NCBI GenBank assembly: GCA_043750095.1
Contig: JAYVCF010000246.1
Coordinates: 1-53,686 of the forward strand
Direction of reading: 5' to 3'
Length of the DNA stretch: 53,686 nucleotides
Source of the DNA: Deltaproteobacteria bacterium
Lineage (GTDB): Bacteria > Myxococcota_A > Polyangia > Polyangiales > Sandaracinaceae
Notes under the pieces: model-generated
Databases searched by the model: none
The model's input: the letters and a program-made list of their open reading frames with translations, nothing else
What the model was told of the DNA's origin: nothing
Program-made: the position numbers and the translations under genes
Shown here: one piece after another, positions 17,952 through 26,897 of the stretch
How the letters are laid out: each line of letters starts with the position of its first letter
Numbering within the stretch: position 1 is the first letter of the stretch

Positions 17952-18818
17952 TCAAACTTCACCCGGTGTCGCGGTGAGAAGCTGGAGCTGGCGTTCCATA
18001 CGCACGAGCCACTGGACGTAGGGGTGCTCGCCGCCGCGCTCGCGCACCATCGCCAGGAGCGCGCGATTCTCGAGCAGCGCATCGTCGTAGCGCTCGAGCT
18101 CGAGCGCGCGCGTCATGCGCAGGCGATGCGTGTCGTAGTCTTCTTGGATGCGGTGCTGCATGTAGTCGCGTTCGCGCTGCATCTCCGTGGCGGGCGCCGT
18201 CGCATGCTGCGCCGTGTAGCAAACCGCCGCGGTGTCGTAGAGCACCACGGAGTCGAGGCCGTCGGCCGGATCGAAGGGATAGCGCTCGCTCTTGGCCAGC
18301 GCCGCTTCGGCCGATTGCTCCGCGCGCGCCATCGCCTGCATCGGATCGGTGACCGGACACGCGCCGAGCGGCGCGAAGAGCGGATAGGGCTCCGGCGCGT
18401 CGGTCTCGAGGCCCGCCGTCTCCGTCCCTTGCAGCGACCAGATCACCACCACCGCGCCCAGCACGCCCGCGATGATCACGAGCGGCGAAGCCTGCCCCTT
18501 GGCCTTGCCCTGTTCCTGCGGCGGTTTGTCGGTGACGCGGAAGCGCAGGCCTCCGATCTCGACCTCGCTGCCCCACTGGACCATGCCGTGCTGAAACGGC
18601 TGGCCGCGCACCTTCGCTTGGATCTTCGCGCCCTGCGCGATCGCGACCCAGCATCCCTCGCCACGCGGGGCGATCAGCAGGTGCTCCGGCTCGAGGTCGC
18701 GCGCGTCGGGAAGCGGGATGCCGGCCGTCGGTGATCGACCGACCGTGATCTGCTCACCCTCGATGCGCGTGCGCTCGAGCGTTCCGTCTTCGCGAATGAC
18801 TTCGACGTAGGCTTCCAT
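17952..18818 (-). CDS. FHA-domain membrane protein
   Basis: 288 aa. N-terminal FHA-like core (ITVGRSPTAGIPLPDARDLEPEHLLIAPRGEGCWV), TM helix PLVIIAGVLGAVVVIW, and a helical C-terminal domain. Confidence 0.75.
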   Translation of the reverse strand: MEAYVEVIREDGTLERTRIEGEQITVGRSPTAGIPLPDARDLEPEHLLIAPRGEGCWVAIAQGAKIQAKVRGQPFQHGMVQWGSEVEIGGLRFRVTDKPPQEQGKAKGQASPLVIIAGVLGAVVVIWSLQGTETAGLETDAPEPYPLFAPLGACPVTDPMQAMARAEQSAEAALAKSERYPFDPADGLDSVVLYDTAAVCYTAQHATAPATEMQRERDYMQHRIQEDYDTHRLRMTRALELERYDDALLENRALLAMVRERGGEHPYVQWLVRMERQLQLLTATPGEV

Positions 18819-18856
18819 GGTGTTTCTCCGATAGCGACTTCGCTATGGCTCCCTGA

Positions 18857-19759
18857 CTACATCGCTCCACTCTGGCTGACCTGGACCATGAAGGGCCCGA
18901 GCAGACAGAGGATGATCGCGCCGAAGATCAGCATGAGCGGGCCCATGAGGAGAAGCGCGGCGCGCGCGGCGGCCTCCTCGGCCATGACCGAGCGGCGCAT
19001 GCGCAGCATCGTCGCTTGGATCCGAAGCACCTCGGCGAGCGGGTTGCCCTTCTCTTCCGCCTGGACGACCGCACCGACGAAGTCCCGCACGGACTCGGTG
19101 GGCACGCGATCGGCGAAGTTCTCGAGCGCCTGACGGCGCGTACGGCCGAGCTCGAGCTCCTGCAGGAGCCGCTCGAACTCCTCGACGAGCGAGTCGTTCT
19201 TGTTGCCGGCCTTGTCCACGATCTGGCGGATCGCCCCTGGAAAATCGAGACCCGCGCCCATGCAGAGCGAGGCGAGATCGATCGACTGCGGCAGCGAGCG
19301 GTTCACTTCCTTGAAGCGCCGATCGCGCTCGCCGGTGACCTGGAAGTACGGAATGAGCGCGCCGATCGCGCCGAAGATGACGCAGAAGATCGGCGGCGAC
19401 TCGCTCACCGTGAGAACGACGAGACCGATCAACGTGCCGAAGATCCCGCCGATGACCGAGAGCGAATAGAACTCGTTCGGTGTCATGCCGAGCCAGTCGC
19501 CGGCATGCTTGAGCAGCTCGTCCATCTGGCGCCGCTGATCGGTGAGCGGGAAGTATGCGATCCAGCCCGCCATCATCCGGATGAGCGGCTCGAACGAGAC
19601 GAACGTGCCGCCCGCCTCGATCGCGCGCTGGCGCTTGAGACCACGCGCACCGAGGCGCGGCGAGTCCTCGGGCTTGTTCCCGCCGAGCGTGGCCACGGCC
19701 AGGAACATCCCGGTTCCGACCATCAACATCGCAATGTAGGCGTATCCGCGTGCCGGCAT
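18857..19759 (-). CDS. tadC: type II secretion system F family platform protein (TadC-like)
   Basis: 300 aa polytopic membrane protein with a T2SSF-type cytoplasmic domain. It occupies the third position after the ATPase, as in tad loci. Confidence 0.8.
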   Translation of the reverse strand: MPARGYAYIAMLMVGTGMFLAVATLGGNKPEDSPRLGARGLKRQRAIEAGGTFVSFEPLIRMMAGWIAYFPLTDQRRQMDELLKHAGDWLGMTPNEFYSLSVIGGIFGTLIGLVVLTVSESPPIFCVIFGAIGALIPYFQVTGERDRRFKEVNRSLPQSIDLASLCMGAGLDFPGAIRQIVDKAGNKNDSLVEEFERLLQELELGRTRRQALENFADRVPTESVRDFVGAVVQAEEKGNPLAEVLRIQATMLRMRRSVMAEEAAARAALLLMGPLMLIFGAIILCLLGPFMVQVSQSGAM

Positions 19760-19768
19760 GCTCGCCCC

Positions 19769-20647
19769 CTAGATGTCCACGGAGAGAATTCGTCGCGCGA
19801 GAACGATCGCGACGAACCAGAGTACCGTGGCCACGGTGATGATGATGTAGCCGAGGTTCGTCTCGACCAGCGGCCGCAGCCAGGTGTTGTCCATGTAGTG
19901 AATCATCCCGAGCAGCGCGAACGGGATCACCGCGAGCACGACGACCTGCATCTTGCCTTCGGCCGTCTTGGTACGAACGACGCCCTCGAGGCGCGCCATC
20001 TCGCGCAGCGTCCCGGCGCTCGTCTCGAGGATGTTCGGCAGATCGCCGCCCGTCTGACGACCGACCAGGACCGTGGCGAGACAGCTCGAGATGATGCGGC
20101 TGTTCACGCGCCGCGACATGTTGAGCACGGCCTGATCGAGCGGCGTGCCGAGCTTCATCTCCTTGAGCACGAGATCGATCTCTTCCGAGAACGGCGGGCG
20201 GATCAGCTTGGCGCTGTTCGAGATCGCCTCACCGAGGGAGGGCGAGGCCTTGAGCGCGTTGGCGAGCATCAGGAGCCAGCTGTCGAGCAGCTCTTCGAGC
20301 TTGCGAATGCGCTCGTCGTGCTGGTTCGCCATGTAGAAGTAGGGCCCGACGAAGACGGGGATCTCGATCAAGAGCCAGATGGGGTCGTTGATGAGGAATG
20401 AGATGACCGGGATCGCGAGGATCACCGCGAGCTGCGTGCGCGCGATGGCCTTGCCCGTGGTCTTCCAGAGCTGGAAGCGCACTTCCTTCTCGAGCAGGTC
20501 CTCGTACTCCGCGAAGCGCACGCGCGGCCACGTGGTGGGGTCGGTGACGACGAAGAACACGAACGCCACGATGCCGCCGACGGCGAGGAACAAGCCGCCC
20601 CAGCCGAGCAGCTCGGTCGAGGCGGTGACGGTCAGAAGCGACGTCAT
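19769..20647 (-). CDS. tadB: type II secretion system F family platform protein (TadB-like)
   Basis: 292 aa polytopic membrane protein with a T2SSF-type domain (LPNILETSAGTLREMARLEG). 4-nt overlap with the upstream ATPase gene. Confidence 0.8.
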   Translation of the reverse strand: MTSLLTVTASTELLGWGGLFLAVGGIVAFVFFVVTDPTTWPRVRFAEYEDLLEKEVRFQLWKTTGKAIARTQLAVILAIPVISFLINDPIWLLIEIPVFVGPYFYMANQHDERIRKLEELLDSWLLMLANALKASPSLGEAISNSAKLIRPPFSEEIDLVLKEMKLGTPLDQAVLNMSRRVNSRIISSCLATVLVGRQTGGDLPNILETSAGTLREMARLEGVVRTKTAEGKMQVVVLAVIPFALLGMIHYMDNTWLRPLVETNLGYIIITVATVLWFVAIVLARRILSVDI

Positions 20648-22506
20648 AGGTACTCCCCGTCGGTGATGAGACCCATCGTGATGAACTCGTCGATGAACGT
20701 CGGCATGTAACCGCTCGCGCGGTGCTCGCCGAGCACCTTACCGCCAGGGCCGGTGCCGGTGCGCACGTACCCGAAGATCTCGTGGAGCTCGAGCTCGCCG
20801 TCCGGATCCATGCCGACGATCTCCGAAATGCTCGTGACCCGACGCGAGCCGTCGGAGAAGCGCGTCTGCTGGATGATCATGTCGACGCTGGTGGCGATCT
20901 GCTCGCGGATGGCCTTCGCCGGAAGATCGAGGCCGGCCATGAGGCAGAGCGTCTCGAGGCGCGCCACGGCCTCGCGCGGGCTGTTCGCGTGCGTCGTCGT
21001 CATCGAGCCCTCGTGGCCCGTGTTCATCGCTTGCAGCATGTCGAGCGCCTCGCCACCGCGGCACTCGCCGACGAGGATGCGGTCGGGGCGCATGCGGAGC
21101 GCGTTCTTCACGAGGTCTCGGATCGAGTACTCGCCCTTGCCTTCCATGTTGGCGGGGCGCGTCTCGAGCGAGACGACGTGCGGCTGGCGCAGCTGCAGCT
21201 CGGCCGCGTCCTCGATGGTCACGATGCGCTCGTCCTCGGGGATGGCGCCCGAGAGCACGTTCAAGAGCGTCGTCTTGCCCGAGCCCGTGCCGCCCGAGAT
21301 GACGATGTTCTTCCGCGCCTTGACGGTACGCGTGATGAAGCGCGCCATCTGTTCGGTGATCGCGCCGAAGCCCACGAGGTTCGTGAGCGTGAGCGGGTTC
21401 TTCGCGAACTTGCGGATCGTGATGCACGAGCCCTTGATCGCGAGCGGCTTGATGATCGCGTTGACGCGTGAGCCGTCCTTCAAGCGCGCGTCGACCAGAG
21501 GCGTGGACTCGTCGATGCGCCGGCCGAGCGGCGTGACGATGCGCTCGATGACCGATCGCACGGCCTCGTCGTCGGTGAAGCGGAGCGCGGTGAGCGAGAT
21601 CTTGCCCTTGCGCTCCACGTAGATCGTGTGCGGATCGACGACCATGATCTCGCTGACGGCTTCGTCGGCGATCAAGCGCTCGAGCGGGCCGAGGCCGAGC
21701 GCCTCGTCGGCGATCTCGTCGATGAGCGCCGCCGTGTCCGTCCCTTGCGGGAAGTCGTGGGCGAGCTCGTTCATCAAGCGGCGGAGCGCAGTGCGCACCT
21801 TGGGCCGCATGATCTTCTCGTCCATCTTGTTGCGATCGAGAGACGCGAGATCGAGGTTCTCGAGCAGCATGCGGTGGATGCGCTTGCGCATCTCGACCGG
21901 CACCATCGCGGTGCCCGACACGTCGTAGGGTCCCTGCTCGCTCTTCTTCTCGACCTTCGCGGGCGGAGGAGGAGGCGGCGGAGGCTGCGGCGCGTACGCC
22001 TGCTGCGGCGGCTGCGCGTAGCCCTGCTGTGGTTGCTGCTGCTGCTGCGGGTAGCTCGGCTGTTGCTGCTGCGGAAAGCCGCTCTGCGGCGGCTGCTGCT
22101 GTTGCGGGTAACTCGCCTGCTGCGGGTAGCCGGCCGTGGGCTGCTGCCCGTAGCCCTGCTGCGCGTAGCCCTGCTGCGGGGCACCGAACTGACCGACGCC
22201 CGGCGTGAGCGCCGCGATCGGCCTGACGATGTAGGGGCCCACGCGCATCGGCACGTTCGCGCCCACCTGCACGGTCGTCTGCCGAACGCGCTGGTTGCCG
22301 ACCATCGTGCCGTTCGCGCTCGAGTCCGTGACGAGGAACATGCCGCCCGTCGTCGCCTCCACCGCGAGGTGGCGACGCGAGACGTCGGGCGACGGAAGCA
22401 CGACGTGGCACGAGGGATCGCGCCCGATCGTGACAGGCCCCTGCACGTCGACCGAGAGCTGCTCGACCGTCCCGTCCTGCAGTTCGATCGCGAGGTTCAG
22501 CGCCAC
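20644..22506 (-). CDS. cpaF: FHA-domain-fused CpaF/TadA secretion ATPase
   Basis: 620 aa, GTG start. Canonical FHA (VTIGRDPSCHVVLPSPDVSRRHLAVEA..DSSANGTMVGNQRV), then an 80-aa Q/P/Y-rich linker, then a CpaF core (GGTGSGKTTLLNVL, RIVTIEDAAEL, RPDRILVGECRGGEA, TGHEGSMTTTHA). Confidence 0.92.
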   Translation of the reverse strand: MALNLAIELQDGTVEQLSVDVQGPVTIGRDPSCHVVLPSPDVSRRHLAVEATTGGMFLVTDSSANGTMVGNQRVRQTTVQVGANVPMRVGPYIVRPIAALTPGVGQFGAPQQGYAQQGYGQQPTAGYPQQASYPQQQQPPQSGFPQQQQPSYPQQQQQPQQGYAQPPQQAYAPQPPPPPPPPAKVEKKSEQGPYDVSGTAMVPVEMRKRIHRMLLENLDLASLDRNKMDEKIMRPKVRTALRRLMNELAHDFPQGTDTAALIDEIADEALGLGPLERLIADEAVSEIMVVDPHTIYVERKGKISLTALRFTDDEAVRSVIERIVTPLGRRIDESTPLVDARLKDGSRVNAIIKPLAIKGSCITIRKFAKNPLTLTNLVGFGAITEQMARFITRTVKARKNIVISGGTGSGKTTLLNVLSGAIPEDERIVTIEDAAELQLRQPHVVSLETRPANMEGKGEYSIRDLVKNALRMRPDRILVGECRGGEALDMLQAMNTGHEGSMTTTHANSPREAVARLETLCLMAGLDLPAKAIREQIATSVDMIIQQTRFSDGSRRVTSISEIVGMDPDGELELHEIFGYVRTGTGPGGKVLGEHRASGYMPTFIDEFITMGLITDGEYL

Positions 22507-22615
22507 GTCTGTTTCACCTGTGCAACCTCGACTGCGGGAGGTGCCCTACGTCGTACGGGGGTCGCGGGGAGGCGAAGCCCCTCGCCCCCGCGCGCTCGCG
22601 CGGGAAAACACAGCG

Positions 22616-23770
22616 TCACTCGAAGCCGGGCGGCGAAGGCTCGATGAGCTCGATGTCCCCCAGGCCGTGACCGCCGATGGTGCCGTACTCCTCGTACACG
22701 TGGAGCGCCTCGGTGATGCGATCCGCCTGCGCGCGCGGCACCGACTGCACGACCGTCGGCACGATGAAGAGGAAGTTCTCGATGCTCTCCTCGTGACGCA
22801 CGTTCGTTCCGAAGAGCACGCCCACGATGGGAATCTGGCTGAGGCCCGGCAGGCCGCCCTGCGACTCGTGCGTGCTGCGCGACACGAGGCCGCCCAGCAC
22901 GATCGACTGGCCGAGCTCCATGTTCACGAGCGTCGAGAGCTGCGTGCGGATGCGGCCCGGGATGGGTCCCGACACCGGCGGCGTGAGCTCGCTGACGTCG
23001 GCGGCGATCGAGACCTCGATGCGGCGCGTGTCCGGATCGTAGTGGGGCGTCATCTGGATCTGCGTGCCGAACTCGATGCGCTGCACGCTCTGCGTGAAGC
23101 CGGTCTGCACCAGGATGTTCACCTCGCCGCCGGTGTTGATCACCGACTGCTCGCCGTTCGCGGTGACGACCATGCCCTGACGAATCAAGCGCGCCCAGCC
23201 CGCCGACTGCGCGAGGTCGAGGCGCGGCAGCGCCTGCTGGAGCAACGACGCCGTCGCCTGCTGGAAGGGCGCCGTGTCGAGCGCGGTGAGATCGACGGTG
23301 AGGTCGAGCTGCGCGCGGCCACCGATGCTGCCCGGCCATGCGATGCCGAGCGAGTGATCGTAGGTCGAGGTGAGCTGCACGAAATAGAGGTCGAGGCGGA
23401 TGTCGTCGCGCGCGACGACCTCGCCCGTGCGAGCCGTGACCGTGTGGGTGCGGACGATGACCTGGTAGCGCGTCTGGTGACCATCGGCGTAGATCAAGAG
23501 CAGCGAGGTCTCGCCCGACTCTTGGCCGACGATGACGAACGTGCGTCCGTCGGCGGTCAGACGAACGTCGGCGATGCCCTCGGAGCCGACCGAGTAGCTC
23601 GCGACGTTCGCGGCCGACACGGTCTCCTGCTCACCGACGTCGATCTCGATGCGCTCACCACCGGCCGTGGCGCGTTGCGCGGAGGCGGTCAGAGGAGCGA
23701 GCGCGAGTGCCACGACCATCAAGGCAATCGCGGAACGGAGAAGCCCAGTCTTGGAAATTTCAGTGGACAC
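22616..23770 (-). CDS. cpaC: CpaC/RcpA-type outer-membrane secretin
   Basis: 384 aa with a signal peptide ending TASAQ. Secretin C-domain motifs are present (GQSIVLGGLV, GLPGLSQIPIVGVLFG). GTG start. Confidence 0.88.
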   Translation of the reverse strand: MSTEISKTGLLRSAIALMVVALALAPLTASAQRATAGGERIEIDVGEQETVSAANVASYSVGSEGIADVRLTADGRTFVIVGQESGETSLLLIYADGHQTRYQVIVRTHTVTARTGEVVARDDIRLDLYFVQLTSTYDHSLGIAWPGSIGGRAQLDLTVDLTALDTAPFQQATASLLQQALPRLDLAQSAGWARLIRQGMVVTANGEQSVINTGGEVNILVQTGFTQSVQRIEFGTQIQMTPHYDPDTRRIEVSIAADVSELTPPVSGPIPGRIRTQLSTLVNMELGQSIVLGGLVSRSTHESQGGLPGLSQIPIVGVLFGTNVRHEESIENFLFIVPTVVQSVPRAQADRITEALHVYEEYGTIGGHGLGDIELIEPSPPGFE

Positions 23771-24584
23771 GTTGGGGCACCACGGCTGCTGCGGTTGTGG
23801 GGGGAGGAGACCGCGGGACGGTGTGCTGACGCGTCTCGCGGCGCTCGGGCTCGATGATGTCGTCGGTGGTCGTCTCGGGCAGGCCCTCGATGACCGTGAT
23901 GTCGTCGGGATGGCGCAAGAGAAGCGTGAGACGCCCGCGCTGCTGCGAGAACGCGAGCAGCTGGGCTTGCTCGACCGTCGTCGAGAGCGTGACGTCGTTC
24001 ATCTGCGTCGGCGCGCGCGCGCTCGCCGCGCGCTGGATGGCGCCCGTGTCCTGCCCCGCGGCGAGCACGAGCAGGTTCTGGAGCAGCGCGATGGTGACGC
24101 GATCTTCGTCGAGCGAGATCGTCGGGCCCGCCGAAGGGCGCGTGAGCGTCATCAGCACGTCCACGCGATCGCCCGGGCGCACGAGGCCGCCGAACGTCGC
24201 GCTCTGATCGGCCTGGATGGTGATCGCGCGCATGCCGTTGCGGACCAGGCTCGAGAGATCGCGCGAGGTGTCGGTGGTGGTCGAGAGGTCGGTCCAGAGG
24301 ATCGACTCGCCCGCTCGGATGCCGCTGACGACGCGGACACCCATGACCCGCTCTTGATCCGCGACCGTGATGTGCCGGTCCTCGAGGTACGCGGCCGGGA
24401 GCTCGCGGGCGACGATCATCGTCTCGTCCAGTGCGACACCGAGCGGGATGTCCTGCACGGCCGTGAGAACGAGGATGGGCTCACCGCCCGACGCCTCGTC
24501 CTCGAAGCGCTGCATGTACAGCCCGAGCATCACGATGCCGAGAACGGCGGCGCCGACCGCGGCCAAGATGGCTTTGGTATTCAT
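23760..24584 (-). CDS. cpaB: Flp pilus assembly protein CpaB (SAF/RcpC domains)
   Basis: 274 aa. N-terminal TM helix, a SAF-like segment (VLTAVQDIPLGVALDETMI), and an RcpC-like C-terminal half. Confidence 0.85.
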   Translation of the reverse strand: MNTKAILAAVGAAVLGIVMLGLYMQRFEDEASGGEPILVLTAVQDIPLGVALDETMIVARELPAAYLEDRHITVADQERVMGVRVVSGIRAGESILWTDLSTTTDTSRDLSSLVRNGMRAITIQADQSATFGGLVRPGDRVDVLMTLTRPSAGPTISLDEDRVTIALLQNLLVLAAGQDTGAIQRAASARAPTQMNDVTLSTTVEQAQLLAFSQQRGRLTLLLRHPDDITVIEGLPETTTDDIIEPERRETRQHTVPRSPPPTTAAAVVPQRVH

Positions 24585-24657
24585 GCGAGCCCGCAGCCTA
24601 TCCGATCACGGCCGAGGGCTGGAAGGGGGATCTCCGCGTAGCGGAAACAACGCGTGC

Positions 24658-25689
24658 CTAGTTGCAGCTACCGTTGTCGCAGGCCTGCTCCCAGCCCGTG
24701 GAGTCGCTTCCGCCGTGATAGCGATAGTTCGCAGCCTGCAAGGGCATCGCGGCCTCGGCCGTGATGGGCACGAAGCGCGGGATCGGCCCGCCCGCCAGCT
24801 GCGAGATGCCTGCGACGAGCACGAGCACGTTCAGCGCGTTGCCGAGCTCGTTGATGCGGGGCGTCCAGCGCGTGTGCCGCGCGCTGCGTACGTTCATCGC
24901 CGCCATCGCGTCCTGGAACTGCTGGATCGTCAGGTCGCCGCGGGCGAAGGCCGACGCGAGCCCTGCGATCGCGCCTGCATCGACGCCCGTGCGCATGTAG
25001 ACGAGGTCTTCGCACATCAGGCGGTTCGCGAGCGGGATCTGGCAGTTGTAGAGGTACGTGACGCGTGCGATCAGCTGACCGGCATCGCCCACCGCATCGG
25101 GCGCCGCGAAGTCCGTGTTGTAGCTGGAGGTGCTGCCGCCCGCCTGAGGGAACGTCACGCGCATCGCCATGCTGTTGTAGACGATGCCCCACGCGACGCG
25201 CGCCTCGGGCGAGTCGAAGCCGGTCATGCCGAGACCACCGCGCACGCTCTCGTCCTGAGGCAGGCGAGCGATCGAGAGCGGCGAGGGCGAGAGCGGAAGG
25301 AGCGGCATCCCGGCGGCGAACTCGACCGCCTGCAGGCGTGCGCCGCCGGTCCACTGCGGGCCCGAGCCGCCACCGCTGCTGCCGAAGAAGCGGCCGATGA
25401 GACCACCCGCCGTCTGAACGAAGCTCGACATGCCCGTCGCGGTGGTGTTGAGCTGGCGACGCGCCTCGTCGTCGTAGTACTGCGGGTCGTCGTCCATCAC
25501 GACCATCGCCGCGCGCGCGGCGACGTTGGCCGAGTGCTGCACGACGAGGCTCGCGCCGTAGAGCAGCCCCATCTGGAGCATGCCGAGGAACATGAAGAAG
25601 AGCGGGATGAACGCGAGGAGGAACTCGACGTAGACCGCTCCTCCCGTGCTCCGAAGCAGGCCCGTGTCTCTGAGGATGCTCTTCTTCAT
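24658..25689 (-). CDS. TadE/TadG-like pseudopilin/assembly protein
   Basis: 343 aa. The N-terminus GGAVYVEFLLAFIPLFFMFLGMLQMG matches the TadE-type hydrophobic segment with the conserved E. Confidence 0.7.
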   Translation of the reverse strand: MKKSILRDTGLLRSTGGAVYVEFLLAFIPLFFMFLGMLQMGLLYGASLVVQHSANVAARAAMVVMDDDPQYYDDEARRQLNTTATGMSSFVQTAGGLIGRFFGSSGGGSGPQWTGGARLQAVEFAAGMPLLPLSPSPLSIARLPQDESVRGGLGMTGFDSPEARVAWGIVYNSMAMRVTFPQAGGSTSSYNTDFAAPDAVGDAGQLIARVTYLYNCQIPLANRLMCEDLVYMRTGVDAGAIAGLASAFARGDLTIQQFQDAMAAMNVRSARHTRWTPRINELGNALNVLVLVAGISQLAGGPIPRFVPITAEAAMPLQAANYRYHGGSDSTGWEQACDNGSCN

Positions 25690-25717
25690 CGTGTCCTCAC
25701 GCGGGTGACCGGAAAAC

Positions 25718-26266
25718 TCAGAATTGTCCGCGGACGCGGCCGAGGACGGTGATCAAGAGCCCGGCGAAGATCGCGCCGCCGAGCCGGAGAGTGTCGCGCA
25801 GTTCCGCGCTCAAGGGGCGGCGGAGGCGCTTGGGAAGGATCGGGTTCACGCCCATCATCACGACGTTGCCGAGCGTACGAAAGAGCCTGCCGTCCCACGC
25901 GAGCCTGCCGAGCGAGTAGATGCCGGCGACGACGAGCGCGAGCAGCTCGGCTTGAAGCCCGAGGTCCGGGCCCACGAGGGCCGCGATCGCTGCGAAGAGC
26001 TTCACGTCTCCGCCTGCCATCCCGTTCATGTAGAACATGATGACCGGCACGAGACCGCAGATCAGAACGCCGAGCATGACTCCGAAGAACGCCTCCCAGC
26101 CGTACGCGAGCCCGTATCCGATGGGCGCGACGACGAGAGGAGGGAGCGTCAACCAGTTCGGGATGTGACCCGTCCGGTAGTCCGTGAGCGCTCCGATCCC
26201 TGCCATCAGCAAGGCCAACCCGTACACGTACGGCATCAGCTCGGGACCGGGATCGTACGCGAACAC
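25718..26266 (-). CDS. cpaA: A24-family prepilin peptidase (CpaA/TadV-like)
   Basis: 182 aa polytopic protein with two catalytic Asp contexts (GALTDYRTGHIPN and MAGGDVKLFAA). Confidence 0.85.
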   Translation of the reverse strand: MFAYDPGPELMPYVYGLALLMAGIGALTDYRTGHIPNWLTLPPLVVAPIGYGLAYGWEAFFGVMLGVLICGLVPVIMFYMNGMAGGDVKLFAAIAALVGPDLGLQAELLALVVAGIYSLGRLAWDGRLFRTLGNVVMMGVNPILPKRLRRPLSAELRDTLRLGGAIFAGLLITVLGRVRGQF

Positions 26267-26324
26267 AAACCGCTCCTAGGAGACAGTCGCCAGCGGGGGA
26301 CAGAGCGCTCGCCGAGGACGAGCC

Positions 26325-26351
26325 GGGACGCCTGCCCGCGACAGGCGTCCC
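26325..26351 (-). terminator. 10-bp GC hairpin between flp1 and cpaA (attenuator/partial terminator candidate)
   Basis: GGGACGCCTG-CCCGCGA-CAGGCGTCCC, 14 nt downstream of the flp1 stop on the minus strand. No U-tract. Confidence 0.4.
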
Positions 26352-26364
26352 CGATCGACTCAAA

Positions 26365-26559
26365 TCACGGGGTGGACGAGGTCGGAAGACCGTTCACGAC
26401 GCTCTCTGCGCCGCGCGTCTTGGTCTTCACCGTGTTGCCGAACTTCTGCCAGATAGCGAAGCCGACGACGGCGATGAGGCAGAGGATGATGATGTACTCG
26501 ACGGTCGAGAGACCGCGGGTGTCAGCGAGGAGCGAGCGAATCCGGCGGGTCTTCATCAT
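26365..26559 (-). CDS. flp: Flp-family type IVb/c pilin
   Basis: 64 aa. Flp motif G/LSTVEY followed by a hydrophobic helix (IIILCLIAVVGFAIW). The leader is 16 aa. Confidence 0.9.
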   Translation of the reverse strand: MMKTRRIRSLLADTRGLSTVEYIIILCLIAVVGFAIWQKFGNTVKTKTRGAESVVNGLPTSSTP

Positions 26560-26624
26560 GGTGGTCTACCTTCTCTTTTTTCGTGTGGTTTGCGGGAGAA
26601 ACAGGAACGGAAACTCGGGTGAGC

Positions 26625-26885
26625 TCAAGGAATCGGCAGGCCGACGACGAGCTGCGCGACGCGATAGAGGTGAACGAGCGGCGCGCCGAGGGTCACGACC
26701 GCCGCCGATCCACCGAGGATGACGACGCAGATCAGCGTCAGATACTCGACGAACATCGCGCCGCGCGAGTCGCGCGCGAGCTCGGCTGCACCCTGGGTGG
26801 TGCGTCCGACGAGCAGGGCGCTCGGCCCTTCCGCGACGCTCGCCTTCGCAGCCTTCCCAGCCTTGCGCGTCTTGGTGTTCGTCAT
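26625..26885 (-). CDS. Flp-family pilin paralogue with long basic leader
   Basis: Start trimmed to ATG 26885, with GAAGGA 7-8 nt upstream. Flp motif RG/AMFVEY plus hydrophobic helix LTLICVVILGGSAAVV. The predicted leader is 42 aa. Confidence 0.75.
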   Translation of the reverse strand: MTNTKTRKAGKAAKASVAEGPSALLVGRTTQGAAELARDSRGAMFVEYLTLICVVILGGSAAVVTLGAPLVHLYRVAQLVVGLPIP

Positions 26886-26897
26886 GTGGGGGTCCTT

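Noticed and set aside
17875-17955. N-terminal extension MSSTGVPGSPGRHNCVASAPRTTPAAI of track ORF 17140..17955 as real coding sequence
   Set aside because: The same peptide recurs in unrelated ORFs at 28.3 kb and 39.4 kb because it is the translation of the 73-nt repeat. A GTG at 17874 gives a proper lipoprotein signal peptide.
22507-22615. Sigma-54 promoter upstream of the FHA-cpaF gene (GGGCACCTCCCGCAG)
   Set aside because: The GG and GC elements are mis-spaced by 2 nt relative to TGGCAC-N5-TTGC and the initial T is missing.
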